Shown here piece after piece: positions 22,034 to 34,500 of a stretch of DNA of 64,000 bases. The position numbers were made by a program, and so were the translations under genes. Position 1 is the first letter of the stretch; each line of letters starts with the position of its first letter. The notes under the pieces are model-generated. The model ran no database searches. It saw only the letters and a program-made list of their open reading frames with translations, and was not told the origin of the DNA. Origin of the DNA: Selaginella moellendorffii (lineage: Eukaryota > Plantae > Lycopodiophyta); the NCBI RefSeq assembly GCF_000143415.4, contig NW_003314349.1, positions 133,172 through 197,171 of the forward strand, read 5' to 3'.

Positions 22034-22303
22034 ATGGCGGTCACCAAGCTCTCGTGTCTTCTTCTGGCTCTCATGGTGATGACCAGCTCGTTGGCCGAGG
22101 CGTATATGGTGGAAGAATTCGAGAGCTATCTGGATCGAGGCCGAGATCACGACCGCCTTCAAGTTGGTGTTCGCAAGGGAGCCGTGTGTTCTTCGTGCAG
22201 CAAGAAGTACTGCGCTCATCCTTTCAACTATTGCAGCTGCGAGAATGGTTGCAGCGAGTGCTCCTGCTACATCACCCAGCCAAGCTTTAGCGATGAGGAT
22301 TGA
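22034..22303 (+). CDS. Secreted cysteine-rich peptide precursor, copy 2 (89 aa; 8 Cys in core)
   Basis: Same architecture as 20469-20735, with the ninth Cys replaced by Tyr. Confidence 0.8.
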   Translation: MAVTKLSCLLLALMVMTSSLAEAYMVEEFESYLDRGRDHDRLQVGVRKGAVCSSCSKKYCAHPFNYCSCENGCSECSCYITQPSFSDED

Positions 22304-22517
22304 AATCCCTCTGGAATAGTTTGATAGTGATCGTGCTTTAGCTTCTGAGCAGGCTTCACAATAAAGAGAACTTTCTTTCGCCCATTACAATCCTTGAGCA
22401 CTATAAGCTAGATGGTAACTTACAGTCTGCTCGAGCAGAAAAGCGATCGAGGATGTTCTTTTCACGCAAATTCTGTTGCTTTTGATTGACAAAACAATGA
22501 AAGTGACAAGAGGTTTG

Positions 22518-24162
22518 TCAAAACGAAACGTGAGAAGATCGGCAGTCGCTACTTCCACTCTCGGCAGATGAGGATTTTACAGTGACGGTGGCGTGGAGAA
22601 AGCTGGGGCTGCTCGACACTCTCATCGGCCGGTTGTGCTTGACGAGAGGAACTAGCGATTGCACAACGTCTGTGATAAATGGCCTGTAATCGGCCTCGGG
22701 TTGGACACACATAGCAGCAATAGCTGCGATCTGGAAGAACAAAAAGGAAGTTTTGACACGTAGCATGGATAAGTTTTCGAGCCCCACCTGTATCAAATCT
22801 TTCATTGCAAACTGTCCGTTCAGCCTTGGATCGATGATCTCTACCATCTTGTTCCTGTCTGTGAGCCGTGGCAATGCCTGGAAGAAGCAAAAAAATTGGT
22901 TTTTCGCACGATCAAAGAAGGAAGTTTTGATATCAATTACCCAAGAGACGAGAACTCCTTCGCCTGGCGGTCGTTTCATGTCCACGGGAACACGACCCGT
23001 GAGAAGCTCCAGCAGAACCACTCCAAAGCTATACACATCGGATTTGGTCGTCAAGTGTCCAGTTAACGCATACCTGGAAAAAACATGTGATTTTTTTTGA
23101 GAAAAGAACGCAAGGAGATGTTTTTTTACATACTCGGGCGCTACGTAGCCTTGAGTTCCCAGGACCCGGGTTGAGACGTGACCCCCAGCTTTGTCCGAGC
23201 CCAGCTTTGCGAGCCCAAAGTCGGAAACTTTGGCGTTAAACTTGTCGTCGAGGAGGATGTTGCTGCTCTTGAAATCCCTGTGAATTATGGGAGGGCTCAC
23301 CATCTCGTGCAAGTACTCGAGGCCTCGAGCAGCATCGAGAGCTACGCGCATTCGAGTGTCCCAGTCGAGCATCGGCGGTCTACCACTGGTTCCTGTAGAT
23401 CAGCAAAGTTGGAGCTCTCGTTGGTTTCTGGTAAGAGATTTCCATACCATCCGAGTGTAGGTGCTCTTGGACGCTTCCGTTTGGCATGAACTCGTAGACA
23501 AGCAGCCTGTGTTCTTGATCAGCGCAATATCCGATGAGTTCCAACAAGTGTGGAGAGTGTAGTCTGCTCAGCATGTCAACCTGATCCAGAAGTTCTGTAT
23601 AAGTTCATGAGAAAAAGAAAGAAAAAAAGAGATTTTTGATGGAAGAAGGATTACCTCTACTCGAAACTCTCGGTCACCCTGTTTGCCCCCTCGATCGAGC
23701 TGCTTGATTGCCGCGGTTCTACCGTCGGGAAGAACACCCCGGAAAACACTGCCAAATCCGCCTTGCCCGACTTCGTTGGACGTAGTAAAGTTGTTTGTAG
23801 CGGCCTGCATTTGCTTGTAAGTGAAAACCTGTGCTTCGCTCGTCGATCCATTGTAGCTGGAGCGTCTAGAGAGGGAAATTGACTGGCTGGTCACGCTCTT
23901 TGCCTGCTCGGCCACTGCGAAGCAAGAGATTCAGGAAAAATGAAAGAAGGATAAGGAAGCTCTTCCGGAAGGACAAAAAATCTAGCGGGAGTGACGTACC
24001 TTCTTGTCGAGGAGCTCGAGCTTTGTGTCGAAGATAGCAGTAGTACGCAAACGCGATGGCTACAAGGACGAGAGCCGCGGAAGCGATGATAATGGCGATG
24101 ATAAGCACAAGGTTGTCCTCCGAGGTGTTATCACCGGCGAGCTCCACCAAGATCCTCCTCAT
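22518..24162 (-). CDS. Receptor-like Ser/Thr kinase with N-terminal TM helix and almost no ectodomain (RLK/Pelle)
   Basis: [27 protein letters not shown]; [44 protein letters not shown]; several short introns. Confidence 0.95.
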
Positions 24163-26528
24163 TCTAGTTGGAAGTTTAGAGGGCTTTGCCTCCCAGCAAA
24201 GTTCCAGCTTTTCCTTCCCTGTTCTTCCTCTTCTTCCTCCTCGCTATGTCTATGACTATGGCTACTAGCATTGTGAGCTTTAGAGCACCAGCATTGCGTT
24301 AGTTCCAAGCGAGCTCTTCTCCAAAGCTTCCTTTTTCCTGATCTTGAGAGACCCAAAGTGGTTCTTCCTACAGATCCATAGCTCTCTCCTGGAAGAATGT
24401 CGCGTTGCTAGATCGCCGTGTGATCAGCGATGATGCCCACGAAGCTATATGGAGCAAAGCGCCAAGAGCACTCCTTGGACGCTTTTGTGAGCCGAGGACA
24501 CACACGTGACTCTGGTCAGAAATTACTGCCGCTCTACCGCGTTACCGCGGCAAATGCCCGGCCGGGGCATTTGCAAGAACTTGGAGTTCCTCCTCGGTTT
24601 TGTCCTGTGGGCGATTGCTAAATCGCTTGGAGCTAGCCGGGGCGGCGAGTGGATTTACCTGTGCTCACACTGACACTGGGCGCTCGATGTTTCGCTCGCG
24701 GTGTCGCCGAATGCACCACCACAGCAACACAACAAAAGAGCTTTTGAATCGTGAGAACGGGGTGTGATGTGATTGCCGGGCTGAGCTCTCTAGAATGTTA
24801 AAAGCAAAAAAGAAACGCCCTCTTCTCCTTGTTCGTCTTCTTTCTCTCGTTCTTCGGAGCTCGCACGACGTGAAGTGGACTGGATCATTCAATGTGCATG
24901 GCAGCTGCATTGGAGGGAATTGTAAAACTGTCCACGAGAATTCTTGAGGGTCAGTCGCAGGAGGGATGATTCGTGTAAAAAAAAAACTTTTCTCTTCTCT
25001 TTCGTCAAAGAGGAAGAGGCCTTAAACAAAGGTTTGGGGGTGAATTGGCAATGGCATTAGTGCCGCACAGGGGCAAATGCATGGATGGGAACTGTTTTCC
25101 AAGCGAGAAAATCAGGAATCACGCTGGGAGGTTTGTCCATCCGGTTATAAAGATTGCAACAGCGACACCACCCGCAATTTGACACGGTGAGCATTGCGAG
25201 CCTATCCTACGCATTCGTTATTTTTCTTCCATTTTCCTGTCTTTTCTGGAAAATAAATGTATAAATTCGTAAATGCGGGTTGCTGGGCGCAGCACTATGG
25301 GACTGCCATGTCGTCCTTTTTCTTGCAAATTATTGCTCTTTTTTTTTGTTTTTTCTTTCAAATTTCTAGAGAAAAAGATTAGAGACGAGAACTTGCTTGA
25401 ATCGAGGGACATGGACGTCCCAGCTAAGATCTTCTGCAACTTCTCTCGATTTTTTTGGTCCTCATCACTCACCGAATTCTCGGATGGATGGAACTCTACG
25501 AATTACAATGGTCTACTCTCAATCAGTCAATCGAAGTCAAAACGATGAAACTTTCGATCGATCCGTTGCTGGTTTCGCGGCGAGGCAAAATTCCCAAGTA
25601 CGCTTCCACCGCACGACACGGTGCGCGTGATTCGATTCGAAAACCTTTAACAAACCAGATCGTGCGCATTGCCATTGTGTTCCAAAATCTAGACAGTGCA
25701 AGAACAGGGGCCAGGACTCGAACCCGCGAAGAAATCTCCCGCGCTTTTAAGCACCACCGTCGATGCCCCGCGGCGGCAACGGCTGGGATGCGAGGATGTG
25801 AAAGTTTTGCCGGGAAAAAGCCGCTTTATTTTGCCGGGAAGGACATGGCATCGAAGAGAGAAAAGGGCTTTTGGAATCGAAGACGATGGATGGATGGATG
25901 GATGGATAGGTTGGTGGCAGAAAAGTGTCTACTAATTGTACTGGCAGGCGATTGATCGTCGCAATCGTTTGTTTGCTCGTCTTCTCCGATCTTTTCTCCT
26001 TCCATTCGGTGTTGGGCGATGGCGTGAGCGAGTGTGCGTTGCAGAAATCGGTCCCTCCTCTCGACCCACTTTGGTATCTCGAGCTGGGACGAATCAGAGC
26101 CACATTGGCAGGGACAAGGTCATTAGATAGATCCAAGCTTGGGTTTTATAAAGGGAAATGTGGCATGGAGGATGGATAGATAGATCACGGGCAATGGATT
26201 TGCTTAGATGCCTGACCAGATCGCTTTGGAGCGTCGCTATCCTGGATTTAAATGGGTGGTGTTTCTCTTTCACTCCTTTTGAGCCACAGTGATATCCCCT
26301 TTAGCACATGAACAGGCCATGAACAGTCAGTCGCTTGTCCCACTGTTCGTGCTCGCCTCTGGCATGGAACAAGGAACCAGAAAAATCAGGTTTTGATGCT
26401 ACTTCATGGCTATGGAGGCTGGGATTAGATCGACTAGTTCCATTCCAGGGTCTTGGCGCGAGTAGCGAGAGAAAAAATCCACTTTTTCTTCGATCTCCAA
26501 GAGGAATGCTGCTACTCTCGAGGAGGGT

Positions 26529-28142
26529 ATGTACATGTCTATATCGACACCTTCGCGGCGGCAGTATCAAAATGGTTGCCCCTCCGGCGCCAGTGGCAGT
26601 GGCAGCAAGCTCAAGAACGTATCGGTCACGGTGAGCTTCGCGCTTGTTCTCGTGGGTTTGTCACTGCTGGTCTACGTGAGATCGTTCCTGGCACTTCGCG
26701 ACGCGTCCGGGCCGGTGTCCTCGATCCCCATCGATGCCTTGCCGGTGGTGATCGCTCTCGCGCAGCGCCAGTACTCACACTCGCGGACGTTCGAGAATGT
26801 GAGCGCCAGCCCCTCGCCCAGGAGAAGAGATGGCGAGCGAGAAGATCACAATGGCAGCTTCCATGGTGGGCGACCCACAAGCTCGTGGGAGAATTCCTCT
26901 ATTCCTCCATTGGGTAGAGGTGGCGGGCGAGAAGATCACAATGGGAACTTCCATGGTGGGCGATCGCGATCCAGTAGCTCGTGGGAGAATTCCTCTATTC
27001 CTCCATTGGGCCGTGACAATTCGGGCAATTCGAGCGCGCCATCGCCCGTGATCAGCAGTGGCGTCGATCTCCAGGAGCTCCTCGCGATTCCAAGCGGCGC
27101 CGAGCGGCGGGAGTGGGTCAAGCGGCACTGGGCGAGCATCGAGATCTTCCACTCGGACGAGAGGTCAGCGCAATTCTCCCAGAGAATCAAAGACTTCCTC
27201 AAGGTGGCGGCGCACGATCATCACCACCACCACCATCGCCGGCCCTGCGCGCCACACTTCTTCCTCGTCTGGATCTCCGCGGTGGAATCCTACGGCCCGC
27301 GCGAGCGCCGCTGCCTGGAGAGCATCTTCAAGCACCACCCGCGATCCTGCGTCGTGATCGTCTCGCGATCGCTCGACACCCCCCAAGGCGAAGATCTCCT
27401 CGCCCCTCTCGTCAAGCTCGGCTACCGCGTCATGGCCGCCGCGCCGGATCTCCCATACCTCTTCGGCTCCACGCCCACGGCGGCGCAGTGGCTCAAGAAC
27501 CTGCGACGCGGCGCGATCGATCCGGGCGAGATCTCCTTGCGGCAAAACCTGGGCAACATCCTCCGGCTCCTCCTCCTCTACCGCTTCGGCGGGATCTACC
27601 TCGATTCCGACGTGCTCGTTCTCGGCAGCCTCGCGAATCTCTCCAATTCCATTGGCGCCCAGACCGAGGATTCGGTCACCGGGGAGTGGCAGCGGCTAAA
27701 CAACGCGGTGCTCGCGTTTGAGCGGCGCCACCCCGTCCTCCATAGCTTCATCCACGAGTTTGCGTTGACTTTCAACGGGAGCAAATGGGGCCACAACGGG
27801 CCGTACCTTGCCACGCGGGTTTTGGACCGGGCGCGGAGGACCAGTACGGTTCCGTGCGGTGTCGTTCGTACGAGGGCGCTGTACCCGGTGACGTGGAACC
27901 ACATCCCGCCGTTGTTTCGCGGCGTGGAGGGCGAGCGCGGGCGGGCGTGGCGGGAGGAGAAGCTGCGATGGCTGAGGAGCGGTGAGTCACTGGCGATCCA
28001 TCTCTGGAACAAGCAAACCAGGGGATTGCGAGTGGAGCACGGGAGCGTGATGGAGGATTTGCTTCGTAGCCAGTGCGTGGTTTGCGATGATCTCGACGAT
28101 GGCGATCATGATCTTCCGCAAGGTATAGAGAGAATGCGATAG
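26529..28142 (+). CDS. GT32 alpha-1,4-glycosyltransferase-like protein (DXD sugar-binding), type II membrane, single exon
   Basis: N-terminal TM, CLESIFKHHP, RLLLLYRFGGIYLDSDV, LNNAVLAF, WGHNGPYLATRV, AIHLWNK. Confidence 0.92.
   Translation: MYMSISTPSRRQYQNGCPSGASGSGSKLKNVSVTVSFALVLVGLSLLVYVRSFLALRDASGPVSSIPIDALPVVIALAQRQYSHSRTFENVSASPSPRRRDGEREDHNGSFHGGRPTSSWENSSIPPLGRGGGREDHNGNFHGGRSRSSSSWENSSIPPLGRDNSGNSSAPSPVISSGVDLQELLAIPSGAERREWVKRHWASIEIFHSDERSAQFSQRIKDFLKVAAHDHHHHHHRRPCAPHFFLVWISAVESYGPRERRCLESIFKHHPRSCVVIVSRSLDTPQGEDLLAPLVKLGYRVMAAAPDLPYLFGSTPTAAQWLKNLRRGAIDPGEISLRQNLGNILRLLLLYRFGGIYLDSDVLVLGSLANLSNSIGAQTEDSVTGEWQRLNNAVLAFERRHPVLHSFIHEFALTFNGSKWGHNGPYLATRVLDRARRTSTVPCGVVRTRALYPVTWNHIPPLFRGVEGERGRAWREEKLRWLRSGESLAIHLWNKQTRGLRVEHGSVMEDLLRSQCVVCDDLDDGDHDLPQGIERMR
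26837..27010 (+). repeat. Two-copy in-frame repeat (90-bp period) in the GT32 stem region
   Basis: REDHNGSFHGGRPTSSWENSSIPPLGR / REDHNGNFHGGRSRSSSSWENSSIPPLGR. Confidence 0.92.
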
Positions 28143-28270
28143 GTTTGGAGACTTTGACTTGGGCTTTTAGATCGAGTGGGAATAAAACAGCAATGATCGC
28201 CATGCATTCTCTGCTTTGATCGTTCGTGTATATGAATCACACAGGAGATGGAAGATCTAGAGGTACTATG

Positions 28271-29224
28271 TTAGAGAAGTGAAGACTTTGGCAGTGGCTT
28301 CTCGACGATTTCTCGACCGAGTGGCGAGGGACCAGACACCTTGGCGACCCTGTCATTCACACAATGATGGAACTCCACAGCCGCCATCGCCGGGCTCTCG
28401 TCGCAAGCTTTGCAAGGGAATCGAGCTGGTGGGGGTGTCGTGAAACTCTCCACGAGCCTTTGACTAGGAGCAGCAGGAGCTCTAGCATCCTCCAAGTCGA
28501 GCTTGAGAAGATTGAGGTCGTCGCGTAGAACGCTGGAGGAGGAGATGCTCGCGATCGACGAGGAGCCATGATCAGCTTGTGGTGGTGGATCGCTGGAGGA
28601 GGAGCGAGCTTGCGAAGGTGAGGACGAGCCTTTATCGCCTCGAGGTTGTGATGGTAGTGATGGCCATGGATCGCTAGATGGTGTATAGACAAGCTTGCGA
28701 GCGACTGAAGATCCGGCCACGGCTTCCGCGGCTGTGCGCTTCCAGATCATGGTAGTCCGCGAAGTCGTAGAGGTGGACGACGTTCGAAGCCTCGTTTCAC
28801 GAAGCTCTGCATTGGGATGATCCGGCTCGTCCGTCAAGGATGCGGAGCGCGCCGAGGATGATAATCGAGCGCTTCGTCTCTCTTTCTTGGTTCTCTTGCG
28901 GCTGGCGTGGAAGTGGCTGCCGCCATCCAGGCTGGGGTGGTGGTGGCTGACGATGAGGCCAAAGTTTGTGTTCTCGTTGATGTAGAATCGCTGGGGCCTG
29001 GGATTGGCCTCCGTGACATCGTTTGGCGATCGCTGGGAGACGAGATAGATGCAGAGATTGCTGGCGGTAATCCCGATCAGGCGGCGCATCTGGGATTGGA
29101 ACTTGGCGAAGGAGAGGAGTGGATGGATCCCAATGTGGCCTTTCAAGTGATCCTTGTCGCCGTCGTGGAAGAGCACTGGGTATGGCGTCGCGAAGCTGTC
29201 CATTGTTCTGTAGAGGAAGGCCAT
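28271..29224 (-). CDS. Uncharacterised plant protein (N-terminal PVLFHDG domain, Ser-rich linker, C-terminal CxxC..FHxC motif), single exon
   Basis: 317-aa ORF; YPVLFHDGD...FQSQMRRLIGI and CKACD...FHHCVND resemble a conserved plant family of unknown function. Confidence 0.7.
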   Translation of the reverse strand: MAFLYRTMDSFATPYPVLFHDGDKDHLKGHIGIHPLLSFAKFQSQMRRLIGITASNLCIYLVSQRSPNDVTEANPRPQRFYINENTNFGLIVSHHHPSLDGGSHFHASRKRTKKERRSARLSSSARSASLTDEPDHPNAELRETRLRTSSTSTTSRTTMIWKRTAAEAVAGSSVARKLVYTPSSDPWPSLPSQPRGDKGSSSPSQARSSSSDPPPQADHGSSSIASISSSSVLRDDLNLLKLDLEDARAPAAPSQRLVESFTTPPPARFPCKACDESPAMAAVEFHHCVNDRVAKVSGPSPLGREIVEKPLPKSSLL

Positions 29225-29549
29225 TCACGTACCCCATGTTGGAATCTTTGCATAAAATATGAAACGATGCGTCATACGATTATGCTTGTTAAGAATATAT
29301 ATAAAAATTTAAAACATTTCTTGTTATATTTTTGCAATGTCATCGTTGTATGGTTTTTAAACAAAAGAAGTAATCAATAAGCCTACTTGACTTCTTATTA
29401 AAACCAATATATAACAAACGAAAGAAGTGGTCAACGAGTCAAATGGCGAACAAGGACTGAGAACTCTGTTAATACATATATATGACATACAAAGGAAGTG
29501 GTCAACATAGTCCAAGGAGTCAAACAAGGACTGAGAACTCCAACTTTCA

Positions 29550-31234
29550 TTAGATCGAGCAACTTCGCCTGTGATCGAAATGAAAGAGAGTTTGCGTCCC
29601 TTCCTTCATTCCTAAAATGATCTCCCACAAGCTCCCAACAAAGCCCAGAACCGTGATTGTCACCCCAAGAACGATGCAGGCCTGTGAAACAAAGAATTTT
29701 TAGAGAGTTTTTTCCAAGGATTGGAGTGGAGCTATACCATGTTTGCGAGCCAGGAAAGGCTGAGTGGCTCGGGCCGCTTGATTCGAAGCCAAAATAGGCA
29801 CGGCACCTGCGAGCAAGACAATGCAAATCGATTGTAGCGTAAGTACCTGGCAGCGTAGCCGCGACCAAGGCTCGTACAAAGTATGACGACGGGGCGATGA
29901 CAAGGCCGCCAACCAGCGCGATTATATTCGTGAAGAAGGGGATGAGAACTGCGACGAAGCATGTACAAGCTGCCAGCAAGAAAAGAAAATCTCCAAAAGT
30001 CAAGCAAAGCTGCTGCGTGAGAAGTCTGATATCCTTTTTCTTACCAATGTACGAGTAGCGCGCAAACACAAATGCTGGGAACTGCTTGAATGGACTCATC
30101 TTCGAGAAATGCGGCTGAAGCATCTCATACACCGGCAGCGCGTAAACCTGGAACAAACGTACGTTAAAACTCCTCTACTCAAAAAAAAAAAAAAAAAAAA
30201 AGCTTAAACGAGAAAACCGATGGAAGTACCTGATAACCACCAGTGAGGTGAAGCACCAAGAACAAATTGGCTGTGTAGAAGGGCCACCTTGGCAGATGGT
30301 TCGAGTGGAGCAGCCGGAGCACATTACCATAGCATGACAAGTTGCCAAATGCCCAGTATCCCAGCACTGCTACGGGGATGTAGCAAAACGCAACGATCGC
30401 GTAAGTTGCCACAACTCCGTGCCACATTGCTTTCGTCGAGGGTGCTCGCATCAGCGACTGTATCTCCAGCACAACGTTCTGGCCTCCATACGCGAAAGCA
30501 ATCTGTCCAAAGGCATTGAAGGTCTTGGAAACCCTCCTCTCCTCCGGGATGCCGTAGGATATAGCAGCAGAGCGGCGATCATGTAGATGGATGGCGCTTC
30601 CCCAGATGATGGTGGTGTATCTAGAGAGAACGAAAACGTAAGTTCAGGGAAGCGTAGTTTTTCATGATCTTACCCGATGGACATGAGCACGGCGAGCGTC
30701 GACACCCAAGTCAACGAGGAGAAATTGGGAATGAGGCAGACGGCGAGTTGTGTCGCGGCAAAGACTAGAATGGCTTGGAAATCTCTGAGGCCACCGTTTG
30801 CGATCAGAGAGATCGCATGTCCGCCTGTCACCAAGTAAGCGATGTTCACAGAGACTTGAAGAATCATCTGCAGAGCAAATGCGAAGTACCAGCCACCCCG
30901 ACCGAATGCTTTTCCTCCCAAGTCGGGAAACCTGTCTATTCTCTCATCTTCCAAGTGATGGAGCTGAACCATTTGCCACAGTGTGCAGAATGTGATGACA
31001 TAGGAGACGAGCAGCAGCGACATTCCTCCCCACCTGCAAAATCAAGTTCTCACTGAAACAATGGATATCAAATTCGTAAACCAAGCTTGCTTACCATCCC
31101 AAGTAGACCATCGCGGACGGAATTCCCAAAACTCCAGCGCCAATTATCGTCGTTACCAAGTGTACAGTTGAGTACCACCATCTTCCGTCGTGAGCTCCTC
31201 CCTGGAGAGCTCTGAACAAGGAAGAAGCGGGCAT
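29550..31234 (-). CDS. Lysine/histidine transporter (LHT)-like amino-acid permease (AAAP family)
   Basis: [78 protein letters not shown]; exons splice in frame. Confidence 0.9.
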
Positions 31235-31567
31235 CTTCTTCCAAGAGTACTTGCCTGTCAGTCTCTACACTTAATTTCGATTCCCGAGCTATACTGAGAA
31301 TCCTGTACTTATCTTCCGAGCTTTTCCGAGCTCTTCACTGTCCCACGGGCTTTTATGCTGTCGCTGGTTGTGTAGCTAGAACGTATTGACTTCTTCTAGC
31401 CAAAAACATTATTTGACTTTCTCTCTCTCGGAATCTTATTCTACGTATCGCAACACGTCCGAGTCGCTAGCTCTGTTCAACAATTTGTTTCGTGCGCAAA
31501 AGTATACATATTCAGTACCTGGCTGTACAAGAGGCGTAGAAATTTGATTTCTTTGCACATTTCGATC

Positions 31568-34500
31568 TTAAGCAGTAGCCACCCGCTCTTCAGCGGGTGC
31601 AGCATCCCCGTTAATAAGGGTGCACACAAGGTTGCGATCACCATATACATTGTCAACACGACCTGTGGAATTTACCACCTTCAGTACAAAAAAGTGAAAG
31701 CTTTACTGAGTCTTACCAGTTGACGGCCAAAACTTCGAGCTTTCAACCCATGTGGCCGGGTAAGCAGCCAGCTTGCGGGAGTAGGGCTTGTTCCACTTGT
31801 CCGACAGGACCATAGAGGCAGAATGAGGCGCTCCCTGAAATCAAAAGCAATAAAATAAGAAATGCTTTGACACAGTCGTGAAGTGAAGTTCACCTTTAGG
31901 ACGTTGTCCGCAGCGTTACATGTGCCATTTTCTATGGCTCGTATCTCCTCTCGGATCGAGATCATTGCGTCACAGAAGCGGTCCAGCTCCGCCTGTGAGA
32001 CAAACATGATGAATACATGCATAAACAAAACCAGGATGACATATTGCTGTACCTTGCTCTCGCTTTCTGTTGGTTCGATCATCAATGTCCCATGAACTGG
32101 CCAAGACATAGTTGGCGCATGAAAGCCGTAGTCGATTAGACGTTTTGCAACGTCTTCAGGCTCTATATTTGCTGTCGCCTGTACAGGTAATCACCAACAG
32201 TTAACCCCGACTTCAATTAGCAATGGAACGTCACCTTGAATGCTCTCAAATCAACTATGAACTCGTGAGCACAGGTTCCGTTTTTGCCTCGGAACAATAT
32301 ACGATAATGATCCTACAGGAAAGAAAAAATAGCTTTCAGCAAATGCCACTTGGTGAAAGACCTAGTACCTCGAGACGCTTGGCCATATAATTGGCGTTGA
32401 GTATCGCCAGCTTTGACGCGCTGGTAAGGCCCTCTGAGCCCATCATTGCAATGTATGTATAGGAAATCGGAAGAATCAACGCAGAACCCCAAGGTGCCGC
32501 TGAAATTGTACCCAGGGGTTGTGCTTTTTCTGAACTTGGTGGTATACCGCCAGTCGATACCTGTTAGGAACTCAATGTTACTGAAAGAAAAAAACAACCA
32601 AGAAAACAGAAAGAAAAAACATACCACCGGATGAGACGGTAAAAACGGCGTCAAGTGTTTTTTCACTCCAATTGGACCCATTCCTGGGCCACCACCTCCA
32701 TGAGGTATACAGAATGTCTTGTGGAGATTCAAGTGACAGACATCTGCTCCGATGAATCCAGGACTTGTAAGGCCAACCTGTGAATGATAAATTAGTTATT
32801 TGTTAAAAAAAAAAAGCAAGTCATACCTGTGCGTTCATATTAGCACCATCCATGTACACCTGACCTCCATTTTTATGAATTATGTCGCATATGTCATCGA
32901 TGCCGTCTTCATACACGCCATGAGTAGAAGGATATGTAACCTGTGAATTGCAACGTTAACTATATCCAGGAAATGGAACCAGACATACCATTAACGCAGA
33001 AAGTTTATCCTTGTTCGCTTCGGCTGCCTGTTTCAGTTCTGCTATATCAACGTTTCCATTAGCATCTGTACCGATCGAGACGATCTTCATGCCGCACATG
33101 GCTGCACTGGCAGGGTTTGTCCCATGAGCTGACACTGGGATGATACAAACGTTCCGATGGCCTTCCCCTTTCGCCTGTAAAATGCAGTTATAAAAACTTA
33201 TTGCTACCAATGAGAACTGATTACCTTCTGATAAGCACGAATCACCATCAAACCTGTATATTCACCCGCGGCACCAGCATTCGGCTGCAAAGAGACGGAA
33301 TCAAAGCCTGTGATTTCACATAGAAAGTCTCCAAGATTTTTGAACATTTCCTGTGAGAAAGCAGAAGCGTTACAACGTCGAATAGAAAGAAAATGAGCAC
33401 TCGACTAACCTGATAACCACCAGTTTGATCGAGAGGAGCAAAAGGATGAATGTTGGCAAACTCAGGAAACGTAACCGGCATCATCTCAACTGTGGCATTC
33501 AGCTTCATGGTGCAGGACCCCAACGGGATCATGCTGTGGACTAGGGACAAATCCTTGGCTTGAATTCTATGCAGGTAACGAAGAAGCTCGTGCTCGGAGT
33601 GATATCTGTAAAAATAAACATAAATATCGGATGCAACTAAAACAATAATACTTACGAGTTGAAAATGGGATGTGTCAGATAAGCACTCTCACGGACCATT
33701 TCCTTCGGCAATGACGATCCCGCATATGGTGCAAGCGATTCGGCAGTAAAATTTACCTGTAAGTTTTTTATTAAATACAACCAAACATAAAACAGAGAAC
33801 ATACCTGTTTCCCTTTAGCAAATACTTTGAACAAGTTATCTACATCTTCAAGAGTGATTGTCTCATCAAAGGCCACGGTAACCTGGACGAAAAAAATTAA
33901 GAGGAAACGAATTATAGCAGCATGAGAATCAAAACGATAGTTACCGTATTCGCGTCTAAGACACGCAAATTGATTCCTTCTTTCGCAGCCGTCTCCGCCA
34001 AAGAGGATGCATTCGAAGCGGAAACTTTGACAGTATCAAAGAAAGGGTCGCTACCGACTTGATAACCAAGTTTTTTCACTCCTTCAGAAAACACCGTTGC
34101 CAGTCCATGTACCCGATCTGCTATAGCCTTCAAACCCTCTGGTCCATGGTACACAGCATACATAGCGGACATATTTGCCAAAAGAGCCTATAACAACACA
34201 AGAGAAATCATGAGATGATGAAGCAACACATATGAACAAAAACCAAAACCATACCTGGGCCGTGCAAATGTTGCTGGTGGCCTTGTCACGTCTTATGTGC
34301 TGCTCACGAGTTTGCAAAGCCATACGGAGTGCCGGCTTTCCATTGGCATCAACACTGACTCCAATGATACGTCCCGGCATCATCCGCTTGTATTCCTGCG
34401 AGGTGGCCAGGAACGCAGCATGCGGTCCACCGTATCCCAGAGGCACTCCAAATCTCTGTGCCGACCCAACAGCCATATCGGCTCCAATCTCCCCTGGAGG

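Noticed and set aside
22034-24162. Peptide ligand and receptor pair (Cys-rich peptide next to a receptor-like kinase)
   Set aside because: The kinase has only about 17 residues before its TM helix, so no ectodomain to bind a peptide; adjacency alone is not evidence.
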